A stretch of DNA of 64,000 nucleotides from the IMG/VR virus record IMGVR_UViG_3300022074_000023, one strand, 5' to 3'. The notes under the pieces were generated by a model. The model was not told where the DNA came from, ran no database searches, and saw only the letters and a program-made list of their open reading frames with translations. A program made the position numbers and the translations under genes. Source of the DNA: an uncultured virus (IMG/VR IMGVR_UViG_3300022074_000023) (taxonomy: Duplodnaviria > Heunggongvirae > Uroviricota > Caudoviricetes). Positions 1 to 10,278 of the stretch are shown piece by piece (within the stretch, counting starts at the first letter, position 1; every line of letters starts with the position of its first letter).

Positions 1-1
1 A

Positions 2-652
2 ACTAGAGAAGAGGGAAGAGTTATTCTAGGATTCCCTAATGATATATCAATTAACGGTACAATAACTGCAAATAATTTCTCTGGAGACGGTTCTAGTCTG
101 AGTGATGTTATCAGTGGCGTTGGTCTACAAACTGGTGGAAACGTTAACCAAAATCTAATTGGTGTTGGACTTACAATTCTAGATTTCGTAGGACCAGTTG
201 TTGGTGTTGTTACTGGAACAAGAGGTACTATTACAATTGAGTCTGGTGCTGATATCAATACTGTTGGTAGTGCGAATCAGGTTCTATTTAAAAACGCAAG
301 CAACGATGCAACAACATCACCTAACTTGACGTTCAATGGAACTAATTTAGTTTGTGCTGGTACTGTTACTGCAAACTCTGACGAAAGACTCAAAGAAAAT
401 GTTGAGACTATTCCAGATGCACTTGATAAAGTTAAGCAACTTCGTGGTGTTGAATTTGATCATAAGAATACTGGTGATCACTGCTTAGGTGTTATTGCAC
501 AAGAAGTTGAGAAGATTGTACCTGATGTTGTTTATGAAGATGTACTTGGAGTTAAGTCTGTTGCATATATGAACATGGTTGCTCTCTTAATCGAAGCAGT
601 CAAGGATCAGCAGAAACAGATTGACGAATTAAAGTCCTTACTAAATAACTAG
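2..652 (+). CDS. 5'-truncated tail fibre/spike protein with C-terminal intramolecular chaperone (peptidase S74) domain
   Basis: Frame open from base 2; G/T/V-rich fibre-like sequence, then SDERLKENV...LRGVEF...GVIAQEVE...coiled coil typical of S74 domains. Confidence 0.8.
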   Translation, partial: TREEGRVILGFPNDISINGTITANNFSGDGSSLSDVISGVGLQTGGNVNQNLIGVGLTILDFVGPVVGVVTGTRGTITIESGADINTVGSANQVLFKNASNDATTSPNLTFNGTNLVCAGTVTANSDERLKENVETIPDALDKVKQLRGVEFDHKNTGDHCLGVIAQEVEKIVPDVVYEDVLGVKSVAYMNMVALLIEAVKDQQKQIDELKSLLNN

Positions 653-665
653 AAAGAGTCTTCCT

Positions 666-1310
666 ATGATTGAAGAAGCTGCAACAAGAATTCCTTCCAA
701 AATGGGTAATCTCATGATGGTTGTTGCTGTCTGGAGAGGAAGAACGTATGTTCTGAAGATCTTCTTCCCTCAGGCAAAACTTCCATCTAGAAAGGAAGTA
801 GAATCTCAAATCCAAGGAATCTACCCTGGTGCTAAGGTTAAGTATACCTCTGTAGTAGAAAGAGAACCTGGTGAAACATTCTTGTATGCAGAAGGTGTGG
901 AGTTAGAAGAAGGACCTAAATACGACAAAGAAGGTAACGATAAATTTGATCGTTATAAGCGTATGGTCCGCCACAAGCAAGATAAGTATGGCGTGTCTAC
1001 ATTAAAGCAACGTCTGAAGCATGGTGGTGTTGACTACAACATTGATAATGAGAAGAAGACAAGAAATGAAGACTGGCAGAAAAAGTCAGGCAAAAATCCT
1101 GAGGGAGGACTTAATGAAAAAGGTAGAAAGTCGTATGAACGTGAGAATCCAGGAAGCGATCTTAAGAGACCTTCAAAGAAAGTTGGCAACAAGCGTAGAG
1201 CGTCTTTTTGCGCGAGGATGAAAGGTATGAAGAAGAAACTCACCTCCGCAAAGACCTCTAGAGATCCAGATAGTAGAATTAATAAGTCCCTTAGAGCTTG
1301 GAATTGCTGA
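666..1310 (+). CDS. Conserved cyanophage hypothetical late protein with basic C-terminal module
   Basis: 214 aa; C-terminal EDWQKKSGKNPEGGLN...RRASFCARMKG...DSRINKSLRAWNC module; CTAAATA upstream. Confidence 0.65.
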   Translation: MIEEAATRIPSKMGNLMMVVAVWRGRTYVLKIFFPQAKLPSRKEVESQIQGIYPGAKVKYTSVVEREPGETFLYAEGVELEEGPKYDKEGNDKFDRYKRMVRHKQDKYGVSTLKQRLKHGGVDYNIDNEKKTRNEDWQKKSGKNPEGGLNEKGRKSYERENPGSDLKRPSKKVGNKRRASFCARMKGMKKKLTSAKTSRDPDSRINKSLRAWNC

Positions 1311-1317
1311 TTGATTT

Positions 1318-2967
1318 ATGAGTGAAATATATCTTGGTAATCCTAATCTAAAAAAGGCAAATACACAAATTGAATTTACAGAGGAACAAATTCGTGAGTT
1401 CCTAAAATGTAAAGCAGATCCCGTATATTTTGCTAAAAATTATGTACAAATTGTTTCATTGGACAAGGGTCTAGTTCCTTTTGAGATGTATCCATTTCAA
1501 GAAAAACTAGTAAACAATTTCCATGACAACAGATTCAATATTTGTAAGATGCCTCGTCAGACTGGTAAGTCTACGACTGTGGTATCTTATCTTCTTCACT
1601 ACGCAGTCTTTAACGATAGTGTTAATATTGGTATCCTTGCTAACAAGGCAGCCACCGCAAGGGAACTGCTAGGAAGGTTACAGACTGCATACGAAAATTT
1701 GCCAAAATGGATGCAACAGGGTATTATATCCTGGAACAAAGGATCCTTGGAATTAGAAAATGGCAGTAAAATTTTGGCAGCGTCTACGTCTGCAAGTGCT
1801 GTCCGAGGTATGTCTTTCAACATCCTCTTTCTCGACGAGTTCGCGTTCGTCCCAAATCATGTTGCTGACTCGTTCTTTGCCTCTGTTTATCCTACTATTA
1901 CTTCTGGTAAAAACACCAAGGTAATTATTGTATCCACTCCACATGGTATGAATCATTTCTACCGTATGTGGCATGATGCGGAAAGAAATAAAAATGAATA
2001 TGTTCCTACAGATGTTCACTGGTCAGAAGTTCCTGGAAGAGACTCTAAGTGGAAAGAAACGACCATTGCAAATACATCAGAACAGCAGTTCAAGGTTGAG
2101 TTTGAATGTGAGTTCTTAGGATCTGTTGATACTTTAATAGCACCATCAAAATTAAAAACGATGGTATATGACAATCCAATTACAAGAAATGCTGGGTTGG
2201 ACATGTATGAGGATGTCATTAATAAACATGACTATGTAATGACTGTTGATGTAGCAAGAGGGGTTGGGGAAGATTACTCTGCTTTTGTTGTTGTTGATAT
2301 AACTACTTTTCCCCATAGAGTTGTTGCAAAATATAGGAATAACGATATCAAACCGATGTTGTTCCCAAATATCATATATGAAGTTGCAAAAAATTATAAT
2401 AGTGCCTTTATATTATGTGAAGTAAATGATATTGGCGATCAAGTAGCAAGTATATTGCAATATGATCTTGAATATCAGAATCTTTTAATGTGTTCTATGA
2501 GAGGTAGAGCAGGTCAAATTGTAGGTCAAGGATTTTCTGGTAAAAAGACGCAACTTGGGGTTAAGATGTCTAAGACTGTAAAGAAGGTCGGATCCCTAAA
2601 CCTCAAGACTTTGATTGAGGAAGACAAACTTATCTTCAATGACTATGAGATTATTTCAGAACTAACAACGTTTATTTCAAAGCATAATTCATTTGAGGCA
2701 GAGGAAGGTTGTAATGATGACTTGGCAATGTGCCTTGTGATCTATGCTTGGTTAGTCCAGATGGACTATTTTAAAGAATTGACTGATCAGGATGTTCGTA
2801 AAAGATTATATGAAGAACAAAAAAATCAAATAGAACAAGATATGGCACCATTCGGATTTATGGATGATGGATTAGGATCTGATAGTTTTGTGGATGGTGA
2901 TGGTGATAGATGGTTTAATGCAGATGAATATGGTGATAAGTCTTACATGTGGGAGTATCTATCTTAA
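1318..2967 (+). CDS. gp17: Terminase large subunit
   Basis: Walker A PRQTGKST, Walker B FLDEFAF, IIVSTPHG, nuclease DDLAM. Confidence 0.97.
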   Translation: MSEIYLGNPNLKKANTQIEFTEEQIREFLKCKADPVYFAKNYVQIVSLDKGLVPFEMYPFQEKLVNNFHDNRFNICKMPRQTGKSTTVVSYLLHYAVFNDSVNIGILANKAATARELLGRLQTAYENLPKWMQQGIISWNKGSLELENGSKILAASTSASAVRGMSFNILFLDEFAFVPNHVADSFFASVYPTITSGKNTKVIIVSTPHGMNHFYRMWHDAERNKNEYVPTDVHWSEVPGRDSKWKETTIANTSEQQFKVEFECEFLGSVDTLIAPSKLKTMVYDNPITRNAGLDMYEDVINKHDYVMTVDVARGVGEDYSAFVVVDITTFPHRVVAKYRNNDIKPMLFPNIIYEVAKNYNSAFILCEVNDIGDQVASILQYDLEYQNLLMCSMRGRAGQIVGQGFSGKKTQLGVKMSKTVKKVGSLNLKTLIEEDKLIFNDYEIISELTTFISKHNSFEAEEGCNDDLAMCLVIYAWLVQMDYFKELTDQDVRKRLYEEQKNQIEQDMAPFGFMDDGLGSDSFVDGDGDRWFNADEYGDKSYMWEYLS

Positions 2968-3194
2968 TGGAACTAGATGGTCAGATAAAACTAGGTCATC
3001 TTTTACTTACTGACAGAAAGTGTCGTGCATGTGGAGAAACAAAAAATTTGATTGATGGTTTCTATAGAACCAGAAAAGACAGAGGACCTGTAGCTTCTTC
3101 ATATTCTTATGAATGTAAAGATTGTACTGTAAAAAGAATTCTAGAATCTAGAAAAAAATCAGTGTCGGATAGGTGGGAATATCCTGATTGGTAG
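2967..3194 (+). CDS. Small CxxC...CxxC zinc-finger protein
   Basis: ATG overlaps gp17 stop (TAATG); CRAC...CKDC. Confidence 0.65.
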   Translation: MELDGQIKLGHLLLTDRKCRACGETKNLIDGFYRTRKDRGPVASSYSYECKDCTVKRILESRKKSVSDRWEYPDW

Positions 3195-3231
3195 GTTCAC
3201 GCTAGTTTTCCCCTGTGAAAACATAGTTTTT

Positions 3232-3239
3232 AATAAATA
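3232..3239 (+). promoter_or_regulatory. T4-type late promoter (AATAAATA)
   Basis: Near match to gp55 late consensus TATAAATA just upstream of gp18. Confidence 0.6.
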
Positions 3240-3276
3240 TTTTCAGATAAATTACGATTGACACGGAGAACAAAAC

Positions 3277-5457
3277 ATGGCGACTCCTCAATTATCGCCT
3301 GGGGTATTAACCAGGGAAGTTGACCTTACAGTAGGAAGAGCTGATAATGTATTAGATAATATTGGTGCCATTGCTGGACCATTTGAACTTGGACCTGTTG
3401 AAGAAGCAGTAGACATTCAAACTGAGCAACAACTTATCAATACATTTGGTAAACCAATTGGAACAGACGCTCAGTATGAATACTGGATGTCCGCATCTTC
3501 ATTCCTTTCATACGGTGGTGTTCTGAAGGTTGCTAGAGTTGATGGAGCGACACTTAACAATGCAAACGCAGCAGCTGGATATGCTTCCACGACTGGACTA
3601 AAAATTAAAAACTACGATGATTATGGCACTAATCATTCTGGCGAAGCAGTAGAATATGTTTATGGTGCAAAGAATCCAGGATCCTGGGCAAATGGATTAA
3701 AGATCTGCACAATTGACGACTTTGCAGACCAGACAATTGGCATTAATACTACAGACCTTGCATCTGCTGGTGCTGTTATTGGATATGGCGTTACAACCAC
3801 CATTAATGGAATTCTTCCTGGAGCAGGAACCACTGAGGTATTCAATGGGTATGTAAAAGGAATTATTACCGGTGTTACTACTGCTACAAGTGGAGCAAGC
3901 ACAGTTGATGTTAAGGTTGTTTCAAGAGTTTCCGCAGCAGGAACTGAGACTAAGATTGCTTATGGTCAAGGTAACGCACTGAACTCATTTGAGACCGCAG
4001 ATACTTTATTCTTTGTCAATAATTCTGGAACTAATGTTGGTGAGGAAACAGTAGGAAGTGCTGTTGACTGGTATGATCAACAAACTCTTGGATTAACGAA
4101 TTCCACAGTATATTGGAAAACTATTGCACCAAAACCAGTAACTAATCAGTATTCTGTCTTAAGAAACGGATATGGTGATGGTCTTCATGTTGCTGTTGTT
4201 GATGATACTGGAAGTGTAACGGGTATTCAAGGTAATGTTCTTGAAAAGCATACTGGACTTTCCAAGGCTGTAGATTCTATTTCTTCTGTAAATTCACCTC
4301 AGAAAATCTGGTATAAGAACTATCTGAGAGATTTCTCCGAAAATGTTTACGCGGGATATAATCCATCGCAAGCGTCTGATGCATATCATGGAACTGTACC
4401 TGTAGCAACTGGATTCTCTTCAGGATATACACCATTCACAACTGGACAAGGTGTATGGGGGCAAGATGCACAAGGAGTGACCTTTAGTGCTATTGGAAAC
4501 AAAACTTACACACTTGCTGGCGGTGTTGATTACTCCGCCGCTGGTGGAATGAAAGCGGAGTTAGGTGACATTGTAAATGGTTATGAGTTATTCTCAAATG
4601 AGGATGAAATTGCAGTTGATTTCCTTATCAACGGTCCAAGTTGTCTGAATGAAGCAGAATCCCAAGCAAAGGCAAATAAATTAATTTCTATCGCTGGAGA
4701 TAGAAAGGATTGCATGGCAGTGATTTCCCCACATAGAGGGGGAGTTGTAGATGTTCCAAATGCAACAACACAAACCTCAAATATTATTAGATTCTTCAGT
4801 GCTTTAACCTCTTCCTCATACGCTGTATTTGATAGTGGTTATAAGTATACTTATGATAGATTTAATAATACCTTTAGGTATGTCGCAACTAATGGTGATG
4901 TTGCTGGATTAATGACTAGAACTGGTCTTAATGCTTTCCCTTGGTTCTCACCTGCAGGACAACAAAGAGGAACACTTAACAATGCTGTTAAGTTAGCATA
5001 TAATCCAAATAAGACTCAAAGAGATCTTCTTTACACTGCAAGAATTAATCCTATTATTAATCAACCTGGTGGTGGTGTCATCTTATTTGGCGATAAGACC
5101 GCACTTTCATATCAATCTGCATTTGATAGAATTAACGTTCGCCGTTTGTTCTTGACTGTTGAACAGTCACTTAAGAGTTCCGCTAATGCTCAACTCTTTG
5201 AACTTAATGATCAAGCAACGAGATCAAACTTTAGAAATATTGTTGATCCATATCTACGTGATATTCGTGCAAAGAGAGGTATTGTTGACTTCTTAGTTAT
5301 TTGTGATGAAACAAATAACACTCCTGACGTTGTTGATAATAATGAATTTAGAGCTGATATTTTCCTGAAACCAACCAAGTCAATTAATTATGTAACACTA
5401 ACTTTCGTAGCTACGAGAACTGGTGTAAGTTTTGAAGAAGTGGCTGGTAGAGCTTGA
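3277..5457 (+). CDS. gp18: Tail sheath protein
   Basis: SPGVLTREVDLT N-terminus; PWFSPAG, FDRINVRRLF C-terminal motifs. Confidence 0.96.
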   Translation: MATPQLSPGVLTREVDLTVGRADNVLDNIGAIAGPFELGPVEEAVDIQTEQQLINTFGKPIGTDAQYEYWMSASSFLSYGGVLKVARVDGATLNNANAAAGYASTTGLKIKNYDDYGTNHSGEAVEYVYGAKNPGSWANGLKICTIDDFADQTIGINTTDLASAGAVIGYGVTTTINGILPGAGTTEVFNGYVKGIITGVTTATSGASTVDVKVVSRVSAAGTETKIAYGQGNALNSFETADTLFFVNNSGTNVGEETVGSAVDWYDQQTLGLTNSTVYWKTIAPKPVTNQYSVLRNGYGDGLHVAVVDDTGSVTGIQGNVLEKHTGLSKAVDSISSVNSPQKIWYKNYLRDFSENVYAGYNPSQASDAYHGTVPVATGFSSGYTPFTTGQGVWGQDAQGVTFSAIGNKTYTLAGGVDYSAAGGMKAELGDIVNGYELFSNEDEIAVDFLINGPSCLNEAESQAKANKLISIAGDRKDCMAVISPHRGGVVDVPNATTQTSNIIRFFSALTSSSYAVFDSGYKYTYDRFNNTFRYVATNGDVAGLMTRTGLNAFPWFSPAGQQRGTLNNAVKLAYNPNKTQRDLLYTARINPIINQPGGGVILFGDKTALSYQSAFDRINVRRLFLTVEQSLKSSANAQLFELNDQATRSNFRNIVDPYLRDIRAKRGIVDFLVICDETNNTPDVVDNNEFRADIFLKPTKSINYVTLTFVATRTGVSFEEVAGRA

Positions 5458-5495
5458 TTTTAAATCACAAATTACTTACCTAGGAGAAAAAAACA

Positions 5496-6134
5496 ATGTC
5501 AACACTCAGAACGATTACCGCATTTAAGTCAAAACTGGCAGGAGGGGGCGCACGCCCCAATCTGTTTGAAGTTGAAATTCCCGCATTTCCGGCAGCTGCT
5601 CCGGAAGGCACTTGGGATCCCACTACTGCTAATGGGCAGGGTGATATGTTCCGTTTCATGTGTAAAGGAGCACAACTTCCTGCCTCTAATATTGCAGAAA
5701 TTCCTATTCCCTTTAGAGGACGTATTTTAAAGGTTGCTGGAGATAGAACCTTTGATACATGGACTGTTACTGTCATCAATGATGAAAGTTTCATACTGAG
5801 AAATGCATTTGAATCGTGGATGAATGCAATTAGTAGAACCGATACTAATACTGGTGCTACTAACCCAACTTCTTACATGACTAATGCCCTGGTTCATCAA
5901 CTTGGAAGAGGTTACTCAAAAGGAGCATTTTCAATAGCTGCTTCCAATTCGGGAGATAATACTTCAGTAACCCCACTGAAATCTTACACATTCTTTGATA
6001 TTTTCCCAACTGAAGTAAGTGCAATTGAACTTTCTTACGATAACAGTGATGTTATTGAAGAATTTACAGTTACTTTCCAAGTCCAATATTGGGCACCTGG
6101 AGTACTTACCGACGAGGGAGAAGACGACGAATAA
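5496..6134 (+). CDS. gp19: Tail tube protein
   Basis: GGARPNLFEV, FRGRILKVAGDRTFDTWTVTV, IEEFTVTFQVQYW; follows sheath. Confidence 0.95.
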   Translation: MSTLRTITAFKSKLAGGGARPNLFEVEIPAFPAAAPEGTWDPTTANGQGDMFRFMCKGAQLPASNIAEIPIPFRGRILKVAGDRTFDTWTVTVINDESFILRNAFESWMNAISRTDTNTGATNPTSYMTNALVHQLGRGYSKGAFSIAASNSGDNTSVTPLKSYTFFDIFPTEVSAIELSYDNSDVIEEFTVTFQVQYWAPGVLTDEGEDDE

Positions 6135-6179
6135 TATCCTTGATAAATACTAGAAAGGAAATTTCTAGTAAAATAAATC

Positions 6180-7841
6180 ATGGCAAATTTGTTTGGGTTC
6201 TCTATAGAGGACAACGAACCAGTATCGCCCACTACAGTGTCCCCCGTTCCTCCTTCAAACGAGGACGGGGTTGACCATTATTTAAGTAGTGGGTTTTTTG
6301 GTTCTTATGTTGATATTGAAGGTGTATATCGTACAGAATTTGATCTTATTAAAAGATATCGTGAGATGGCACTTCATCCAGAGTGTGATAGTGCAATTGA
6401 AGATATTGTAAATGAAGCTATTGTTTCCGATACTAATGATAGTCCTGTAGAAATTGAACTATCAAACCTGAATGCCAGTGATGGCATTAAGAAAAGAATT
6501 AGAGATGAGTTTAAACATATTCTAGAACTTTTAGATTTTGATCGTAAATCACACGAAATTTATAGAAATTGGTATGTTGATGGAAGACTTTATTATCATA
6601 AAGTAATTGATATGAAGAACCCTACTGAGGGTATTCAAGAATTGCGTTATATTGATGCAATGAAAATGCGTTATGTTCGTAAGCAGAAGAAGAGTAAAGA
6701 AGACATCTACCGCTTAGGGAATGTAGCAAAAGACAATCCAATGGAATACGAGTTTCCACAACTCGAAGAGTATTTCATTTATAATCCAAAAACTTCTTAT
6801 CCAACAACAAACCCAGCGACAATGGGTGGTCATGGTGGAATTAAGATGACCAAAGATGCAATCACATATTGTACTTCTGGTCTTGTAGATAGAAATAAGG
6901 GATCAACTCTTTCATATCTTCATAAGGCAATTAAGTCTCTCAATCAACTTAGAATGATTGAAGATTCTCTGGTAATTTATAGACTTTCAAGAGCACCAGA
7001 ACGTCGTATTTTCTATATTGATGTTGGCAATCTTCCTAAAGTAAAAGCAGAGCAATATTTACGTGACGTAATGATGCGTTACAGAAATAAACTCGTATAT
7101 GATGCAAACACAGGAGAAATTCGTGATGACAAAAAGTATATGTCTATGCTTGAAGACTTCTGGTTGCCTAGAAGAGAAGGAGGTCGTGGAACTGAAATTT
7201 CTACTCTTCCTGGAGGTCAAAACCTCGGAGAGATTACAGATATTGAATACTTTAAGAAAAAACTTTACCGGTCCCTTAATGTTCCGTCGAGTCGTATGGA
7301 CGGGGAAGGAGGATTCAATCTGGGTAGATCCTCTGAGATTCTTAGAGATGAAGTAAAATTCAGCAAATTTGTTTCACGTTTGAGAAAGCGTTTCTCATAT
7401 ATGTTCAACGATATGTTGAAAACCCAGTTAATTCTTAAAAATATTATTACTCCAGAAGACTGGAATATTATGGAAGAGCATATTCAGTATGACTTCCTTT
7501 ATGATAATCACTTCGCAGAATTAAAAGATACTGAACTATTAACGGAAAGATTGACAATGGTTCAAACTGCAGAACCATATGTTGGTAAGTATTTCTCTCA
7601 AGATTATCTAAGAAGAAAAATTCTACGTCAAACTGACCAAGAAATTATTGAACAGGACAAACTTATTGAGAAAGAGATTGATAGTGGAATCATTCCAGAT
7701 CCGGCAACTATTGATCCTGAAACTGGAATGCCTTTCCAAGATCCATCTATGGATTTGGGCAAACCAGTAATGGAACCTGAAGTAGATGGTTCTTCAACTG
7801 AAGCACCTGAGATAAAAATACCTAAGGGTGGGGAAATTTAA
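6180..7841 (+). CDS. gp20: Portal vertex protein
   Basis: YRLSRAPERRIFYIDVGNLP, EDFWLPRREGGRGTEISTLPGG. Confidence 0.97.
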   Translation: MANLFGFSIEDNEPVSPTTVSPVPPSNEDGVDHYLSSGFFGSYVDIEGVYRTEFDLIKRYREMALHPECDSAIEDIVNEAIVSDTNDSPVEIELSNLNASDGIKKRIRDEFKHILELLDFDRKSHEIYRNWYVDGRLYYHKVIDMKNPTEGIQELRYIDAMKMRYVRKQKKSKEDIYRLGNVAKDNPMEYEFPQLEEYFIYNPKTSYPTTNPATMGGHGGIKMTKDAITYCTSGLVDRNKGSTLSYLHKAIKSLNQLRMIEDSLVIYRLSRAPERRIFYIDVGNLPKVKAEQYLRDVMMRYRNKLVYDANTGEIRDDKKYMSMLEDFWLPRREGGRGTEISTLPGGQNLGEITDIEYFKKKLYRSLNVPSSRMDGEGGFNLGRSSEILRDEVKFSKFVSRLRKRFSYMFNDMLKTQLILKNIITPEDWNIMEEHIQYDFLYDNHFAELKDTELLTERLTMVQTAEPYVGKYFSQDYLRRKILRQTDQEIIEQDKLIEKEIDSGIIPDPATIDPETGMPFQDPSMDLGKPVMEPEVDGSSTEAPEIKIPKGGEI

Positions 7842-7874
7842 TAAATAGTATTACTGTTTACCTTTCAACATAAA

Positions 7875-8042
7875 ATGGATGAAGTTTTGGATATGATTAT
7901 TGCTGATGAGTCTCCCTCACAGATTAGCGATAAAATTAAGGATATTCTTTATGCAAAATCTGCCGATAAGATTAATGGTCACAAACCGGCAGTAGCAAAT
8001 TCTATGTTTGATATCCCTGTAGATGCTGAAAAAGAAGGCTAA
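7875..8042 (+). CDS. Small hypothetical head-cluster protein (55 aa, MDEVLDMIIADESPSQISDKIKD...)
   Basis: Read by hand, below ORF-track cutoff; AATAAATA at 7840-7847. Confidence 0.6.
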   Translation: MDEVLDMIIADESPSQISDKIKDILYAKSADKINGHKPAVANSMFDIPVDAEKEG

Positions 8043-8043
8043 T

Positions 8044-8051
8044 TATAAATA
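8044..8051 (+). promoter_or_regulatory. Late promoter TATAAATA
   Basis: Exact T4 late consensus, intergenic. Confidence 0.7.
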
Positions 8052-8073
8052 AAATATACTAACACGTAGAATA

Positions 8074-8343
8074 ATGGCAAGAACATTACTAGTCGGTGCA
8101 GAAATTGCTTGTCCTACTACAGCTGGTGCAGCTACTAGTTTTAGTGAGGCAACTGTGGTTCGTTTAGTGAACACTCATACAAGTGCTCACCTTGTAACCG
8201 TACTTGAAACACAAAGTGGCACTGGTGTAGGATCAATGACTATTCCACCAAATGGTGTTGAATATCTTGAGAAAAAACCATCTCATGTTGTATTTGCTGC
8301 AAATGCAGGTGTGAAAGGAGCACAAGTAGGATTCACCGGGTAA
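8074..8343 (+). CDS. Hypothetical, probably virion-associated protein
   Basis: 89-aa ORF behind late promoter, between gp20 and gp21. Confidence 0.6.
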   Translation: MARTLLVGAEIACPTTAGAATSFSEATVVRLVNTHTSAHLVTVLETQSGTGVGSMTIPPNGVEYLEKKPSHVVFAANAGVKGAQVGFTG

Positions 8344-8347
8344 TCAA

Positions 8348-9004
8348 ATGAAACTAATCAGAGAAGAAATCGAATCAGTAAAAGTTATTACTGAAGCAAC
8401 CAAATCTGGAGGCAAAAACCTCTTCATCGAAGGTGTTTTCTTACAAGGAAATATCTGCAACAGAAATGGTCGTATGTATCCAATGGAAACGCTTCGTCGT
8501 GAAGTTGGAAGATATAACGAAAATCATGTTGCAACTGGAAGAGCACTTGGGGAACTGGGTCATCCTGATGGTCCTACTGTTAATCTTGACAGAGTTTCGC
8601 ATAAGATTGTCTCTTTAAAAGAGTCTGGTTCCAACTTTATTGGAAAAGCAAAGATTCTTGAATCTACCCCAATGGGTAAAATTGCATCATCTTTATTAGG
8701 TGAAGGTGTCAAACTTGGTGTTTCTTCTCGGGGTATTGGTTCATTGAAACCAACCAAAGAAGGTTTCAATGTTGTTGGTGAAGATTTTATGCTTGCTACA
8801 GCAGCAGATATTGTTGCTGATCCATCTGCTCCCGATGCTTTTGTTGAAGGAATCATGGAAGGAAAAGAATGGATCTGGGAAGGAAGCATTCTTCGTGAAA
8901 AGAAAGCAGAGGAGATCAAAAATACTATTGATGTTCTTGCTGGACGTAAAGAACTTGAGGAACATAAGTTAAACTTGTTTAACGACTTCCTTAATTCACT
9001 ATAA
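8348..9004 (+). CDS. gp21: Prohead protease
   Basis: NRNGRMYP, ALGELGHP, GVSSRGIGS, DIVADPSAPDAFV. Confidence 0.96.
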   Translation: MKLIREEIESVKVITEATKSGGKNLFIEGVFLQGNICNRNGRMYPMETLRREVGRYNENHVATGRALGELGHPDGPTVNLDRVSHKIVSLKESGSNFIGKAKILESTPMGKIASSLLGEGVKLGVSSRGIGSLKPTKEGFNVVGEDFMLATAADIVADPSAPDAFVEGIMEGKEWIWEGSILREKKAEEIKNTIDVLAGRKELEEHKLNLFNDFLNSL

Positions 9005-9024
9005 ATTATTGTAATTTCTTAATT

Positions 9025-9032
9025 TATAAATA
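9025..9032 (+). promoter_or_regulatory. Late promoter TATAAATA
   Basis: Exact consensus upstream of gp22. Confidence 0.7.
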
Positions 9033-9068
9033 AATATAGTTTTAATAAACGGAAAACGGAGAGTTCAA

Positions 9069-10223
9069 ATGTCTCGTGGCAACGATTTACAAGAAATGGA
9101 AGTAGGCACTGCTCAATCCAAAACCGCAGTTAATTCTGGTGCGAAAGCAGCAGATCCTATGCCTAGCGGTCCTAACGGAGCATCTACACCTGGTCAAGGT
9201 TCTGTAGAAGACCTCGGTGGTCCTACCCCCGAAAACTACAAACCTGATGACGATTCTGCAAAACTTAAGACTGATGGTCTTAAGACTGTAAAAGATATCG
9301 TCAACAAGGGAGCGAAACCTGCAGATCCTATGCCTAAGATGGCAAAGGAAGAGGAAGAGTTAGATTCCGAAGAAGTAATTGCAGAGGACGAAACTACTGA
9401 AGAGGAAGTAGTAGCAGAAGCAGAAACCACCGAAGAAGAAGTGGTTGCTGAAGAAGAAACTACCGAAGAAGAAGTGGTTGCAGAGGCACCTGAGTTCACT
9501 GAGATTGATGTCGAAGAAGATGTCAAAGCACTTCTCGGTGAAGAAGAACTTTCCGAAGAGTTCAAAGAAAAGGCAAAGACCATCTTTGAAGCAGCACTTA
9601 AGTCTAAAGTTGCTGACCTCAAAGAAGCACTTGAAGCAAGATATGAATCTGCACTTGCAGAAGAAGTATCTACAATCAAGTCCGCTTTAACTGAGCGTGT
9701 TGATTCATACCTCGAATATGTTTCTGGGGAATGGATCAGCGAAAACAAACTCGCTGTTGAAGCGGGTCTTAAGACTGAAATGACTGAATCATTCCTTTCT
9801 GGAATGAAGGGTCTTTTTGAAGAACATTATGTACAAATCCCTGACGACAAATATGATGTGCTTGAGAGCATGGTAGAAAAACTTGATGATATGGAGACTA
9901 AACTCAACGAGCAAATTGAGAAGAATGTTTCCCTTAACAAGCGTCTCTCCGAGTCGGTTGCTGATGGAATCCTTGATGAAGTTTCTGAAGGACTTGCGTC
10001 CACCCAGAAAGATAAGCTCGCCTCACTTTCCGAAAGTGTAGAGTTTGAAAGCGAAGAACAATATCGTGAAAAGTTGGAGACTCTGAAGGAAGCATATTTC
10101 ACTAAGAAAACATCTTCAACTGCTAAAACTGAAACCCTTTCTGAGGGTGTAAGCAATGGTCATGAGTCTTACTCACCTTCCATGGCTGCATACCTGAGAA
10201 CCATGGGTTCAATTAGCAAATAA
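9069..10223 (+). CDS. gp22: Prohead core scaffold protein
   Basis: Acidic coiled-coil protein (ELSEEFKEKAKTIFEAA) between gp21 and gp23. Confidence 0.92.
   Translation: MSRGNDLQEMEVGTAQSKTAVNSGAKAADPMPSGPNGASTPGQGSVEDLGGPTPENYKPDDDSAKLKTDGLKTVKDIVNKGAKPADPMPKMAKEEEELDSEEVIAEDETTEEEVVAEAETTEEEVVAEEETTEEEVVAEAPEFTEIDVEEDVKALLGEEELSEEFKEKAKTIFEAALKSKVADLKEALEARYESALAEEVSTIKSALTERVDSYLEYVSGEWISENKLAVEAGLKTEMTESFLSGMKGLFEEHYVQIPDDKYDVLESMVEKLDDMETKLNEQIEKNVSLNKRLSESVADGILDEVSEGLASTQKDKLASLSESVEFESEEQYREKLETLKEAYFTKKTSSTAKTETLSEGVSNGHESYSPSMAAYLRTMGSISK
9390..9488 (+). repeat. Three imperfect 33-nt tandem repeats encoding ETTEEEVVAE(A/E)
   Basis: Units at 9390, 9423 and 9456. Confidence 0.8.
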
Positions 10224-10278
10224 TTGAATTTAATATAATTCAAACCACAAACCGTACACTAAATTAGGTAAAAAGCAA

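Noticed and set aside
9236..10156. Ser-rich antisense ORFs over gp22
   Set aside because: Mirror of GAA-rich codons on the coding strand
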